32,000 bases of DNA from Candidatus Saccharimonadota bacterium (GCA_041661045.1 JBAZVE010000001.1:180001-212000), one strand, 5' to 3'; positions 18,101-25,543 are shown, numbered from the stretch's first letter. Notes: generated by a model from the sequence alone, not told the origin. Numbers and translations are program-made.

Positions 18101-21100
18101 TCCGTCATGTCAATTACCAAGAAAAGAAATATTCTTCTTCCACTTATGAGGAAGAATACACCGATACCGCCCCCTCCCCCCTTGCCGATTCGGATGAAGA
18201 CGGAATCCCTGACTTTATAGAGGGTCTTGATGATGAAAAAGGAATCCCCGTGCCGACCGATGGCAGCTTTGATCCCATTGCGGAGGTGATGGGTGGCCAA
18301 GATACCAATGGAGACTACTACTACTCCCCCGATGAAATGTTCGTGAGTACAGAAGATTCGGATGGGGATGGTCTCCATGATTTGGTGGACGACTGGCTCA
18401 TTGCGGGAACGGATGCCTTGCTTTTGAATCCGGACTTGGATCTCACCGCGGACATTCCGGAACAAGAAATCGAACTGGAGGCTTCTTTCTCTTTCTTGGA
18501 TGAAGAAATTGAAGGGATTACTCAAAAAATAGAAGAAGTGGTGAGCATGTTTACCTGCAATGGGGGCTGTATCGCCTTCCCGGGCAGTGTCGCCTTTTTA
18601 GCACCGGGCGGCTACCACGACCCCACCACCGGAGCCACTATTATGACTGATTATGGGACGCCCATATTTGGCCTTTTGCCTTGGCTTCCCGTGGTGTGCA
18701 GCGGACAGATGTGTTACGCCTCCCAAGTGCTACGGCTGTATTTGGCCCCCACCACTACCTTGGGTCTTGGTATGGGTGTTTGCCTTGGGCAGTATGGCGC
18801 CGGGCAGTGTTTCGCTTTCTCCATCCCCATTCTTCAAGCGCTTGGGCTCTGTGATATGATGAATGGATTCATTACCGAAGCCTTGGCAAAAGCGACTGGC
18901 TTTGTTGCAGAAGGAGCTCAAGTGGCCTTTAATGTGGGGAACATCGTTTCGGTGACCGCGGGCACCAGTGGATTGGAGAGCGCGGTCTTCACCACTTACC
19001 GCCCTCCGGTTGCCGTGAACACCAATATTCAAGTGCCGGGCTTCCCTTCTATTTTCACAGAATGGTGGAAGGCCCAAAAAGAAGAATTCTTTAAGGTGCT
19101 CGACTTGCCCGATATTACTTTTATTTACCCGGACCCCAAGAGTCTCGTCGCCAAACCAAATCCCCTCACGCTCAAAGAAACGAGTGACCTGGCTTCCGCC
19201 GGCCCCCTTGAAAAGATTAAAATTGTGGAACAAGGCATCATGGGACTTGAAAAATGGCTCAACTGGGCTCATGGCCTCCCGCTGATCAATATTGATGTTG
19301 AGCCGGTGGAAGTTCGTTACCCCGCGCTCACGCAAGAAGAAATCGATATCACTCTGGCCAGTATGTATCTTTGGAAAGAGCGAACCGAGCTTGAGTGGTT
19401 GGATTTTAAGAATCAATTTGCTCTGCGGAATGATTTAACCGCCGCCCAAAAAGAGGTGGTGGATGGCATCAATGACACCATGGAGCAGGCCATCACCGCG
19501 GTGGAAGCAAACTTGGCCATTGTGGAAGGCTACTCCGAAATCCCTGAAAAGATTTTGGCGCTGCGGGATTTGGAAGCAACTATTGCTCAAATTATTGTGT
19601 GTTATCTGGATGCCATTTTGGGCAGCACCGCGGGCTATTTGGCTGAGAACGCGCAGCGCATCGAGGCCTGGGGCAATTGGGCTTTGGATATGCGAGACCT
19701 CCTCGATAGTTGGCAGGTGCTCGTCGATCTTTCTGCCGATCTCATGGATTCTTGCGACAAGTGCACCAACCAACGCTACAGCGCCATGCAGCTTTTGTTC
19801 AGTCTCTTTATTTTTATTCCGGACTTCCCCGTGGTGGAACTTCCAAAACTTCCGGACATTGTGATCGATGTGTCCAACATTCAAGGTGGGCTCACCATTG
19901 TGTGGCCGGATCTCAAATTTATACCCGAGCGGCTCAATATTCCAGAATTACCCGTTATTGTGTTCCCCGATGTGGATCTTAAATTGGATGCGGATTTTGA
20001 TTTTGATTTGGATATCCCCACTCTGCCCGTTCCCAATCTTGATATCGAGTTGCCCCCGCTGCCTCCTCTCACCCTACCGAACCTCCCGGATCTTCCCCCT
20101 CCACCGGCCATACCGGCCTTGGATCCTTCACTGGAAGCCGCGCTCAGTATTTCCAGCAATATCTTAAAAATCGTTTGTATCATTCGCCAAGGATTTATTC
20201 CTGTGCCTGAGTTTGCGCTCAAAGCGAAAATTGAAGAAATCACCGAAAGACCCGGCGGCATTATTCTTCCCATTGATTTGGCAATTACGGTGGAGTGGCC
20301 CAAATTCAATTATGACTTTGTAAAGGAGATTCAGGTCAACACCATGATGAACTTCAGTTGGGAGATCACCACTTTTTATGACTTTATCGCCGGCATTGGG
20401 GAAAAGAGCAACGGCATGCTGACGGACTTTGTGCAGGAAAGCATCAACAAGCCTTTGGAAGAGCTCCAAAAAGACATTCAAGATGTGTTTGATCTTTTGG
20501 GTGAACAAGAATGGGACCTTGAAGTGGACGCGGAGTTTGATGGCGAAGCGAGCCCGGATGGCGCGGATGCTTCCACAGATGGAGGGGTGGGGGTTCAAGG
20601 CGATCTTGAGAATGATGGCGAAGACGCTATTCAGGAATTTGAGGATATTGAGGAGGATATTGAGAGTGGCTTTGAGTCCTACCAAGAGGCTATGGACACC
20701 GCGCTGGCCTACAAAGATCACCCTTTGGTGAAACAAAACTTAGCCATGCTCAAGAGCACTTTGGAGACCATGCAAAAAGAATTCAAGGCGTGGGATGCCG
20801 TGATGCCCGATGAAGTTTTGCTTTCCGTGGAATCGCAAGAGCTGGCCTTGGATGATCCTTTGCTTCATCGATTTGATGAGATCCGTCGCTCCCCCAATCT
20901 CGATCAAGACTTTTTGGCGAGCATTGAGGGGACTCCGCTTTCTTCGGTGGTGAGTTTGCGTGATTCCTTGCTTGCGAGTACCGAGGATTTGATGCAAGGC
21001 ACCGTGGCTTTGAAAGGCATGGGAGATGAATCCTTTTACCGTTATTTGGCGGCGGAACAAGTTGGAAATCCCGTGGCTTTGGCGGGCATCGCAGCAGAGG

Positions 21101-24100
21101 GGGAAGCACTTTCTACACGATGGATTGAAGAACTCAATCGTGTTGAGTTGGCTGCAGAGATGGATGACGCGAGTTCTGCCGCGAGTTTCGACTCCGAGAG
21201 TCTTGAGCTTGGCGCTCAAGCGGAATCCACGAACCAAGGTTTGTATATTTATAATTCTGAAACGGGTGTGAGTGAACGATTGGTGGACTACACGCAAGAA
21301 TCCGATGAGGCCACCAGCCTTTTGTTCATGGACATTGATGAGGATGGGGATCAGGACTTGGTCTACTCCATGGGAGGTGATATTTATCTAAAAGAAAATC
21401 ATACTGAGACCGCAAGCGTACGAGCCGTGAGCGAAGACCCACTGGAACGCCGCGTGCAGGATTTGGATCCCGGCCAGGGCAGTGTTCACAATTTGAAACG
21501 AGGTAAAAATGATTACTCAGAGGCAAGCTTCGCGTTCAATGGCGCTGAAACTGCGGTGGGCTATGAAGTGCTTTTGTATGATTCTTTGGATGCCGAGGAG
21601 TCCAACCCCGATGAAAACATTAAAAGACTTTTGCTTTTGAATGAAGGTGAAAATGAAAGCCTACCCTTTGTGGATGAGGAAGAAAATTCGGTTGGAACCT
21701 TGCAAAAGAGCCGGCTTTGGGTGGATGCCGTCAGTGGAAAAGTTTCACTTCAAAATGCCTACCAACGCACCTTCATTGATACCAATGGAGAAATTGAGGT
21801 CGGTGAGGCCGTGATTTTTCAAACCATTGAGAACAGTGTTATTGAGTTTGATTCCGCGAATAGCTCTTCTTCCATCTCCGTTCCTGCCGGTTCCTTGCTT
21901 CACTTCTCGGCGCAAGCGGAACTGCGTTTGCGAGTTGAGCAAGGCTCTGTTTACTGGATTGATGCCACGGAAAAAGTGGACACTCAGGATCTTGAGCAAG
22001 GGATGGAAATTTTTGCGGAAGAGCTGATTGCCTTGGAAAGTTCCGGGGCCGATGCCACCTTGCTCAGCAGCGATGGCCTCTCACTAGATCTGGATCAGGA
22101 AGAACTCTTTGTTATGGACTCTCTTGTGAGTACCGATAATCCTGCGGTCACGGTTCAACTGGAAAATGGGGCTTACTATGCCATCACTCGCGCCCTCTAT
22201 GAAGGAGGCGGGATCGGTACAAAATCTGAAAATATTCTCCTCAATCCTCAAGTGTGTGCGGATGACAGTGAGCCTTATATTTTGGTGGATAACGGCGGAG
22301 ATGAGGATGGCGGTGATGGCTTGGTGGACAGTGATGGGGATGGGGCCTTGGAACTGGCCATTTTCTCCGTGCGTGAGCTTTCTGCCGAGTCTTCTTTCGA
22401 TAGCGACAGTGCGATTGTGGATGCCTATTGGGATTTGGATGACCAAGTGGACAGCGATGGAGACGGCATCAAAAATAATGATGACCAGTCTTTGGGCCTT
22501 ACGACGGAAATTGGGCCTTATGAAGACACGAGAGAGCGCATTGTTACCCTGTATGTCACGGACAGTGCCGGGAATACTGCTGTGCAAGAGATTGCTGTGG
22601 AAATTTATGTGCCTGCCATTGTGCTCACCGAAGCCACGGTGGATTTTGTCCGAGGGATAACGGATCCGCTCAGCCCCGATTTCCCCTTCCATTTGATTCG
22701 CGATCGCAATGGAGTCCTGAAAGAAATAGGAGAAGGAGCCGGCACCGATGCCTATGGGGAAATCTATGAGGAATTGATTCCTTCCAACCGTTTAGCGGTT
22801 TACGATTCCACCGGAGAGGTGGTTGCCGAATTCAATCCCGTCACTAAACAAGTGCTGGTTTACGACTCCGCCTATGCCTCTGCAGTGCTGCCCGCGGGCG
22901 ATGAATGGCCTTCTCGTTTGGTGGTTTACCAAAAGAGCTTTGGGGCCGTGGTGGGCAGTTTCCTCTTTGTGAATTCCGCTTCCACTCAAATCCGTGAGGT
23001 CGCCGTGCCTTTGGAGAATTTGGATCTGTCCATTTACGATTATCCAACGGTCTACACGGTTTCCGATTCCGAGCACTACGAGTTCACGCAAAATTCTTTG
23101 GTTGCACGCAATTCTCTTGGGGCGCTGGAATTTATGCTGAGTCCCAGTGGCAGCATCAGCATCTTTGATGAAAGGTATCACTTGGTGAAACGAGCCGCGA
23201 GTTCTCTGGATGAATATCTTGTGATTGAGGTTTACGATGGTGATCAACTCGAGCTTGAGATCTGGCCCGGAAGCCCCGATGCGCTTCACCTCACCACCAC
23301 GGAAGAGTTGGATCTGCCCGGTTCCGAGCTCTTGAATCCCGGCACTTCCGGCTCCGGCAGCACACGGCTTGTCTTTGAAGATATTGATGAAGATGATCCT
23401 TTGTACAAAAATCTTGTAGAGCTTGTGGAGCGCGGCATTTTGGAGGGGTATACCGAAAACGATGCGCAGTACTTTAAGCCCGATCAAGCCATCAACCGTG
23501 CGGAATTCACCAAGATTATTTTAGGAATCCTTTGTATTGTTCCACGGGATGAGGCGGAGGCACTGCCCTCTGTTTTCAATGATATTTTGGATCCCACCGT
23601 TTGGTATTTTGGAGTGACCAAAGAATCCTTCTTGCGAGAACTCATCACGGGTTACTTGGGAGAAGTCGATTCTGCCGGAGTGGCTCCATTTAAACCCAAC
23701 AAAACCATCAGCCGTGCAGAGGCGGTTAAAATTGTGCTCGAGGCTTTGGATAAAGAAAATATTATTGAGCTTCCGGAGAATCTTGTGGGAGAGCCTTGGT
23801 ACGATCCTTATATGAATATCGCTCAGGATTTGACCCCCTACTTGGTGAGTGATTCCACCGCGGGCAGTGAATCGTTTATTGTGACTAAGGAGGAAGCCAA
23901 AGATCCTTTGCATGAGCTCACTCGTTATGAATTTGTGGAAATGTCTGTTCGTGTACTGGAGGCTTATAACTGTTTCGATTTGGACAGTGATGGAGATGGA
24001 CTCTTCAACATTGACGAAGAGACCGTGTACGGTACCGACCCCTACAATCCCGACACCGATGCCGGTGGCGTGGACGATGGCAGTGAGGTGGACCGAGGCA

Positions 24101-24318
24101 GTGATCCTTTGAATGGAAGGGATGACTTTGCGGATGACTCCGGCGATGGGCTAGAGCCTGGCATTTATGCGGTACAAGAGCCTTGTATTGCTTGTCCTTG
24201 CACTGCCACCATCGATTATGCCGCGGAACTTCGACCGGGGGATACTGTGTTTGCTATAATTCAAAATGCCGCCGGAGAAATCTTTGGAATCAGCAACTCA
24301 TTAACCCTAGAGGAATGA
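9175..24318 (+). CDS. giant (5047 aa) secreted mosaic cell-surface protein with SLH anchors
   Basis: A 15,144-nt ORF without a stop. Signal peptide: MRPRLHSNALKKIVIYGFLMSFLSSLLPMNRVAEA. Motif-level domains: TSP3-like DxDxDG Ca-binding repeats (~10090-10440, 13790-13905, 18190-18400, 23975-24125) and Ig-like Big domains (~12870-13110 plus four in tandem at ~14690-15900). Also FG-GAP/VCBS repeats (~16950-17340, 21320-21400), a PKD-like module (~22500-22620) and two SLH triads. Confidence 0.9.
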   Translation: MRPRLHSNALKKIVIYGFLMSFLSSLLPMNRVAEALSVVGSSDPVVVENPGGSLPELRNTGTVETRYGLVAILVEDSLWSANSGGSGFFSFLGTSGLKQKIQTYAEDVQATLPWTKTVIIQVEDEDTPVEIQRMLERFYFEGNPDDSDFTRLTGVVMVGSVPLPVVNKNGNRFVSLLPYTDFEEPSYLLDETSLDFLPNLEAQNLQAEVWHGLIVPPLDGQEGLDLLAAFFDKNHKFHTGDPEYTSFDEKIFVGDLVTEQSAINPTSYDSYDRFVGLWEELSYYRYTNDLVEDLYTDMQASVEAGDSLDNDGDGNYDEEAANGKDEDGDGLVDEDIGDGFFGIDNDEDGQVDEDHFEDNNNDKGWVYSGYTDSEADTLFSDKMVDEDPPGDSNGDGCPGHCGVDDNGDSEDHDGDGYPTGLEALYGWDWANEKKPWRSVKNWTNGQFGTSFETADAATEYLQEMFVDQFFNDGLRSPTCYASDGSYHSEWDDDEDGFCDEDGSVEMQIWTSPSGGSASGTCAYNDADCDGLIDEDPLGIQPAALFEDLPDIQARDIVGQLTSRYAELFDQPQGVWNRLVDQTGRYETRKSDGETVQNDYDTAISLISKKDEFTLQYLRSLNDNLEAQLNTIVEENLAEDIPIIAGLQITGWVQRAGEGAESICDPEGPVDPDGDKCLQFVNHSGFDNTLFDSEGALTDLDELEPSDYYISGQQLWDVHDANQCTSFAGTDEEGGQLAQFNTLYSRLFSVVAAEMTKADVKDYRNCVPEFASYLEDIPELCDEATVTKEIRVLDGAKTPEAEDTSRWEVGAEACFEFREVFTFNRYSQSVAEFNNWLTNKIRAFRKDGDDDEASYQEFLEKVEEERDRHDPRPDEATLRQPFANLDMIAADASLEYTMEDLLIELGYSAPSDDDIDTFLALQDEIQIENPSEGSGMSGVEELSLSFDKLFLKKDTEELTTLRSEAAEISSFAKHTQPTIATLNAQATNAGSPNLPIDATRRVSFIDAEGLAQELVYINVFDAQTLEAVQAQVAALAADMEEVAGGNRFVNTVENFYTGINADQLADALEWRGLSIDAKHRYVLSHYLGEEEPVVAKARSGYEMVSLIADGNAQELYFAFNGDQPETEEDLEFLYRSQAEIEAALAAAQADAAEEYEALAPVSGTTPVVLVEWINEIQEWLRDLEDSTSSFTIASLLDGEQVCGSASAAEVDTTDADDDGIVDSAEATGSLFLSTDESTVLQAGGGDYLTVSVAARNADGTINTEDSSTRVELRIVSGTESIEILGTASLVLTGGVASFTLESAAAGSFGLQALAESREDIRSSDVLNGSSEPKFVKLSTYITNLEHAGTDTVMEGDRIEIRDEEGTVRAVLNPITGDLDLRNAVVKLLEATEDLPTRISVESGEGLVYGVIFLIPEEGELDIQVLHPSAGIASAENGTALEENGVQMGLVTDLGQITLSAGYLLDFETPSNLNIYDPLHILNDDGESLFTVTLGTADDEASAEILKDEGEYSDYLGAVLGKILGWMGVGSAKADSVIPDSDGDLLDDLEEWVIGTVLSNGDSDGDGYLDGLEIFSGYDPLAEGKKLFTDIGIENPAYPDLALLYLRGVIKGYTDGSFRPDNPITREEFVKIDLGAICEDCDSYDAVYETELLAAYGLDPFPDTTINPELLACVAEAKGREIVSGYAGGEEEGYFLPKQFISRAEATKVLVETAGYSVDPVAEGEVWYSQYIATAEAHSLFPEGSPLTTEWLEESITRAEFVMMAVNMIEDKDCRTPMMDSNRNGIPDVEELDDPEEIPEVPEIPGVPDAFSGFGGYEHGPGLFVVSPNATVETITIGSGEGLTRVNLFTNEIPANGESEIFVRAEIRDVDDHIYAEDDSSVIEFILSSSEHGTVESSRVRVKNGVAETRFVGTDFAGTVTVEGRISDGSLPSQNAQIHLLPGEPVRVVLEGESRVLPAGAEASTNMNLSLYDSFGNLASNGFYSVSLTEEGGLELLDLNDEDSSMDGIQVTVSDGVLPFRVLSSLTVGQAGVQASLPEVPNSGDEWLIDHKESIILKVQPTQPYLLAGSAGSELVTIQAVDELGFPVSGFQGEVVLSLSDSGFGSFSSESISLVSGSGSSTLSPGTLAGTGSILAESPGLLGGSGPLVVKPADPYELRIRSEDGDSVLAAGEREKFFIEAYDVYGNFVSTDSTTSGSLRLTDSTAEFGTLSSGSFVLNQGRASVFVTSGEVSGKVSLVAASEALLAGTWGGTVNFTLSSEEIAEIDMQMLYASVLGGPFGDSTQENYLGAWMLFNGKTQAVTSLTSESKPKNRLATIDATGSIVLAEDGMVSQVVHGAGTDLPTRIQWREFPSDALLAEIFYKVGDLSGVSPELLTTDTDFELEESDGAWLLRENAAAVLKIREDGQVALMDPSYSLAVNAAADGLSLVALKNTDPVLLIDFDSAWNGELKALESGFVLEDWDRLEDGLYLKPTALSEHRLEPIPTGNSSLNAMGLALVDPSQELAGAMQPSLGYPSLESAEDNGNIGWEEENKHLLLFAAGNTVGQSNLFYPSEIGVVLGDPTIQLPTAGDIGDLGFTADIGVPVSASNEDIHTLLDLDYNGDGTMDVLAAYEDGRIEVLQNADSAVRLKNRGELLFIENGISSIGKGDFNNDGLEDLLIATEEACFEGEMCLYTYENIGGGFVAKNLSLSGVSGTPKQIQVGDLNNDDYDDIVLVDENLVMSVVWNSEGVLETVSPIKDFGLQADPETNLGGELVIHHEGLSSGSVGLSVLSDEFANSDAINTDFGGFLSAVSGDDDFESDSEGLSQEKTLPFEYADALSELFTVSKSLSDPNSGTVEIGDVLTTRVSIQNVSGATLSNIYFSDTDSGSFALDWNSLDSALVQEGEGLRPFIYGPFDLSNGQRLELEYDLSVQALPALSVLLGQDFYSDYRDDDYLDIAVSPEGGSAGDLLVFYSDGVVTEVREDGFLGIGERSFRHVNYQEKKYSSSTYEEEYTDTAPSPLADSDEDGIPDFIEGLDDEKGIPVPTDGSFDPIAEVMGGQDTNGDYYYSPDEMFVSTEDSDGDGLHDLVDDWLIAGTDALLLNPDLDLTADIPEQEIELEASFSFLDEEIEGITQKIEEVVSMFTCNGGCIAFPGSVAFLAPGGYHDPTTGATIMTDYGTPIFGLLPWLPVVCSGQMCYASQVLRLYLAPTTTLGLGMGVCLGQYGAGQCFAFSIPILQALGLCDMMNGFITEALAKATGFVAEGAQVAFNVGNIVSVTAGTSGLESAVFTTYRPPVAVNTNIQVPGFPSIFTEWWKAQKEEFFKVLDLPDITFIYPDPKSLVAKPNPLTLKETSDLASAGPLEKIKIVEQGIMGLEKWLNWAHGLPLINIDVEPVEVRYPALTQEEIDITLASMYLWKERTELEWLDFKNQFALRNDLTAAQKEVVDGINDTMEQAITAVEANLAIVEGYSEIPEKILALRDLEATIAQIIVCYLDAILGSTAGYLAENAQRIEAWGNWALDMRDLLDSWQVLVDLSADLMDSCDKCTNQRYSAMQLLFSLFIFIPDFPVVELPKLPDIVIDVSNIQGGLTIVWPDLKFIPERLNIPELPVIVFPDVDLKLDADFDFDLDIPTLPVPNLDIELPPLPPLTLPNLPDLPPPPAIPALDPSLEAALSISSNILKIVCIIRQGFIPVPEFALKAKIEEITERPGGIILPIDLAITVEWPKFNYDFVKEIQVNTMMNFSWEITTFYDFIAGIGEKSNGMLTDFVQESINKPLEELQKDIQDVFDLLGEQEWDLEVDAEFDGEASPDGADASTDGGVGVQGDLENDGEDAIQEFEDIEEDIESGFESYQEAMDTALAYKDHPLVKQNLAMLKSTLETMQKEFKAWDAVMPDEVLLSVESQELALDDPLLHRFDEIRRSPNLDQDFLASIEGTPLSSVVSLRDSLLASTEDLMQGTVALKGMGDESFYRYLAAEQVGNPVALAGIAAEGEALSTRWIEELNRVELAAEMDDASSAASFDSESLELGAQAESTNQGLYIYNSETGVSERLVDYTQESDEATSLLFMDIDEDGDQDLVYSMGGDIYLKENHTETASVRAVSEDPLERRVQDLDPGQGSVHNLKRGKNDYSEASFAFNGAETAVGYEVLLYDSLDAEESNPDENIKRLLLLNEGENESLPFVDEEENSVGTLQKSRLWVDAVSGKVSLQNAYQRTFIDTNGEIEVGEAVIFQTIENSVIEFDSANSSSSISVPAGSLLHFSAQAELRLRVEQGSVYWIDATEKVDTQDLEQGMEIFAEELIALESSGADATLLSSDGLSLDLDQEELFVMDSLVSTDNPAVTVQLENGAYYAITRALYEGGGIGTKSENILLNPQVCADDSEPYILVDNGGDEDGGDGLVDSDGDGALELAIFSVRELSAESSFDSDSAIVDAYWDLDDQVDSDGDGIKNNDDQSLGLTTEIGPYEDTRERIVTLYVTDSAGNTAVQEIAVEIYVPAIVLTEATVDFVRGITDPLSPDFPFHLIRDRNGVLKEIGEGAGTDAYGEIYEELIPSNRLAVYDSTGEVVAEFNPVTKQVLVYDSAYASAVLPAGDEWPSRLVVYQKSFGAVVGSFLFVNSASTQIREVAVPLENLDLSIYDYPTVYTVSDSEHYEFTQNSLVARNSLGALEFMLSPSGSISIFDERYHLVKRAASSLDEYLVIEVYDGDQLELEIWPGSPDALHLTTTEELDLPGSELLNPGTSGSGSTRLVFEDIDEDDPLYKNLVELVERGILEGYTENDAQYFKPDQAINRAEFTKIILGILCIVPRDEAEALPSVFNDILDPTVWYFGVTKESFLRELITGYLGEVDSAGVAPFKPNKTISRAEAVKIVLEALDKENIIELPENLVGEPWYDPYMNIAQDLTPYLVSDSTAGSESFIVTKEEAKDPLHELTRYEFVEMSVRVLEAYNCFDLDSDGDGLFNIDEETVYGTDPYNPDTDAGGVDDGSEVDRGSDPLNGRDDFADDSGDGLEPGIYAVQEPCIACPCTATIDYAAELRPGDTVFAIIQNAAGEIFGISNSLTLEE
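13930..14478 (+). other. internal triple S-layer-homology (SLH) module of the giant protein
   Basis: FTDIGIENPAYPDLALLYLRGVIKGYTDGSFRPDNPITREEFVKI, then FPDTTINPELLACVAEAKGREIVSGYAGGEEEGYFLPKQFISRAEATKVLV, then VWYSQYIATAEAHSLFPEG...ITRAEFVMMAV. These fit the SLH pattern F.D...........G...GY.DG.F.P...[IV][ST]R[AE]E. Confidence 0.6.
23374..23967 (+). other. C-terminal triple SLH module of the giant protein
   Basis: FEDIDEDDPLYKNLVELVERGILEGYTENDAQYFKPDQAINRAEFTKIIL, then FNDILDPTVWYFGVTKESFLRELITGYLGEVDSAGVAPFKPNKTISRAEAVKIVL, then a degenerate third copy ending LTRYEFVEMSVRVLE. Confidence 0.6.
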
Positions 24319-24908
24319 TGCCTTTGCCTCAAAAATTGGAGTCCCGACTTTTCTTGCTTTGCCTCAGCTTGATGCTGGTCTTCAATGGTTTGTTTTATGC
24401 TCTTGCGGAGGAGACAACGGGAGAAACCGTTGCTACCGAGATCGAAGGTGTGGACTATGCCTGCGGGCAGGCTGTGACTGAACAGGCCTCTGTCCTTATT
24501 GACTCTTACCAAACCTTTTTGGATGACTATTTTAAAGTGGATACACCTTCCAGCAGCCAAGTGGATCATGCCATGCGTTACTACCGATACATGGAAAGTT
24601 CCATTGAAGCCATTTATGAAAACAACTTGGATCTTTATGCCAATACGACTCTCCAAGACAGCACCCAGGCGAGCAGTGATTGTGCAGGCAGACGAGATTT
24701 CTATTTGGATGTCGCCCGCGCTCTGCTTCAAAAACAAGTCATCGCTTCTGCGAACAGCAAGCGCACTTTTGAAGTGATCGATGGTCTTAAAATCATGAAT
24801 GCCGATTTGGAAGAATTTTCCGATGAGTTCAATGCTGTCTTCCCCGCTTACTTCAATAAATTCAACAATGCTTTACCCTGTTACGCTCGCCAATGCATAG
24901 TAAAATGA
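24315..24908 (+). CDS. secreted hypothetical protein P1 (197 aa), first of the four-gene cassette
   Basis: The ATG at 24315 overlaps the giant-gene TGA (ATGA). The track ORF from 24183 is an in-frame extension inside the giant gene. Signal-like MMPLPQKLESRLFLLCLSLMLVFNGLFYALA. Ends ...LPCYARQCIVK. Confidence 0.75.
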   Translation: MMPLPQKLESRLFLLCLSLMLVFNGLFYALAEETTGETVATEIEGVDYACGQAVTEQASVLIDSYQTFLDDYFKVDTPSSSQVDHAMRYYRYMESSIEAIYENNLDLYANTTLQDSTQASSDCAGRRDFYLDVARALLQKQVIASANSKRTFEVIDGLKIMNADLEEFSDEFNAVFPAYFNKFNNALPCYARQCIVK

Positions 24909-25543
24909 AATGGTTTAAATGGTTTGTGCTGGCCTTTGCGGCCGGCTTCCTTCTCCCCCATACTTATGGTTCGCTTCTGCTTGCCAGCGTTTTGGATACC
25001 AAGAGCACTTACGACGGCATGACCATGACCGATGCCATTCGAACTTACCATGTGGCCAACACTGTGATTGTGGATGAGTTCTTTTTAAGGCCCCTGTTGG
25101 ACCCGGATTTTGCAACGCTTGGTTATGTTAAATATCCGGACCCGGAAACGGGCTGCGAAAAAAATGTGTCCACTTACTGTTTGGCTTTGGCCTTGGATGA
25201 GAACCTGGTTCAATTTGAAATTTACTTGAGAAAAAGCCAGGATGCCTTGGATTTTGGAACGGCGGAAGAAGGGAGCGAACAGCCCCTCTCCTTGAACGAT
25301 GCCTTGCAAGAAGCCACCTCACAAAGAACCGTGGTGGATCAACAAATCTTGCTGGCGGAAGAGAGCATCGATTTAACTTTGGCCGTGTACAACCAGGTGC
25401 AGTTGGTTTACCCCGTGCACAGCGAAATGCTGAAGTTGATTGGAAACCTGGATGATTACCGCGGGAATTTGGGGGAAATTCGGGACATCGTGGAAAAGTA
25501 TCCTTCTAAATTTAATGGAGCGAGCACCGCTCAATGCCAATGA
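24905..25543 (+). CDS. secreted hypothetical protein P2 (212 aa)
   Basis: The ATG at 24905 overlaps the P1 stop (ATGA); an alternative ATG lies at 24893. N-terminus MKWFKWFVLAFAAGFLLPHTYG is hydrophobic. Ends ...YPSKFNGASTAQCQ. Confidence 0.75.
   Translation: MKWFKWFVLAFAAGFLLPHTYGSLLLASVLDTKSTYDGMTMTDAIRTYHVANTVIVDEFFLRPLLDPDFATLGYVKYPDPETGCEKNVSTYCLALALDENLVQFEIYLRKSQDALDFGTAEEGSEQPLSLNDALQEATSQRTVVDQQILLAEESIDLTLAVYNQVQLVYPVHSEMLKLIGNLDDYRGNLGEIRDIVEKYPSKFNGASTAQCQ

Noticed and set aside
24183-24314. N-terminal 44-aa extension of the P1 ORF as listed in the ORF track
   Set aside because: The extension lies inside the giant gene in another frame and starts at a non-ATG codon. The ATG at 24315 gives a proper signal peptide and the same ATGA overlap seen at the three following junctions.
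9130-24318. Long antisense ORFs inside the giant gene (e.g. 9130-11115 minus, 661 aa; 11203-12510 minus, 435 aa; 13633-14844 minus, 403 aa; 15943-16953 minus, 336 aa)
   Set aside because: They lie entirely opposite a continuous 15-kb ORF with recognisable domains. Their translations are low-complexity (R/H/I/G/F-rich) with no motifs. They are typical shadow ORFs produced by the GAx/GGx-rich codon usage of the sense strand.
24120-24318. Diversity-generating retroelement target (variable region) at the C-terminus of the giant protein
   Set aside because: There is no reverse transcriptase, no template-repeat copy of this segment anywhere in the window, and no adenine-specific codon pattern (AAC/AAT enrichment) in the last 200 nt.
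24897-24908. P1 C-terminus CIVK as a eukaryote-type CaaX prenylation box
   Set aside because: P1 carries a signal peptide, so it is exported rather than injected. The paralogous P2-P4 end in C[QN], not CaaX. The match is most likely coincidental, a by-product of the conserved terminal Cys.
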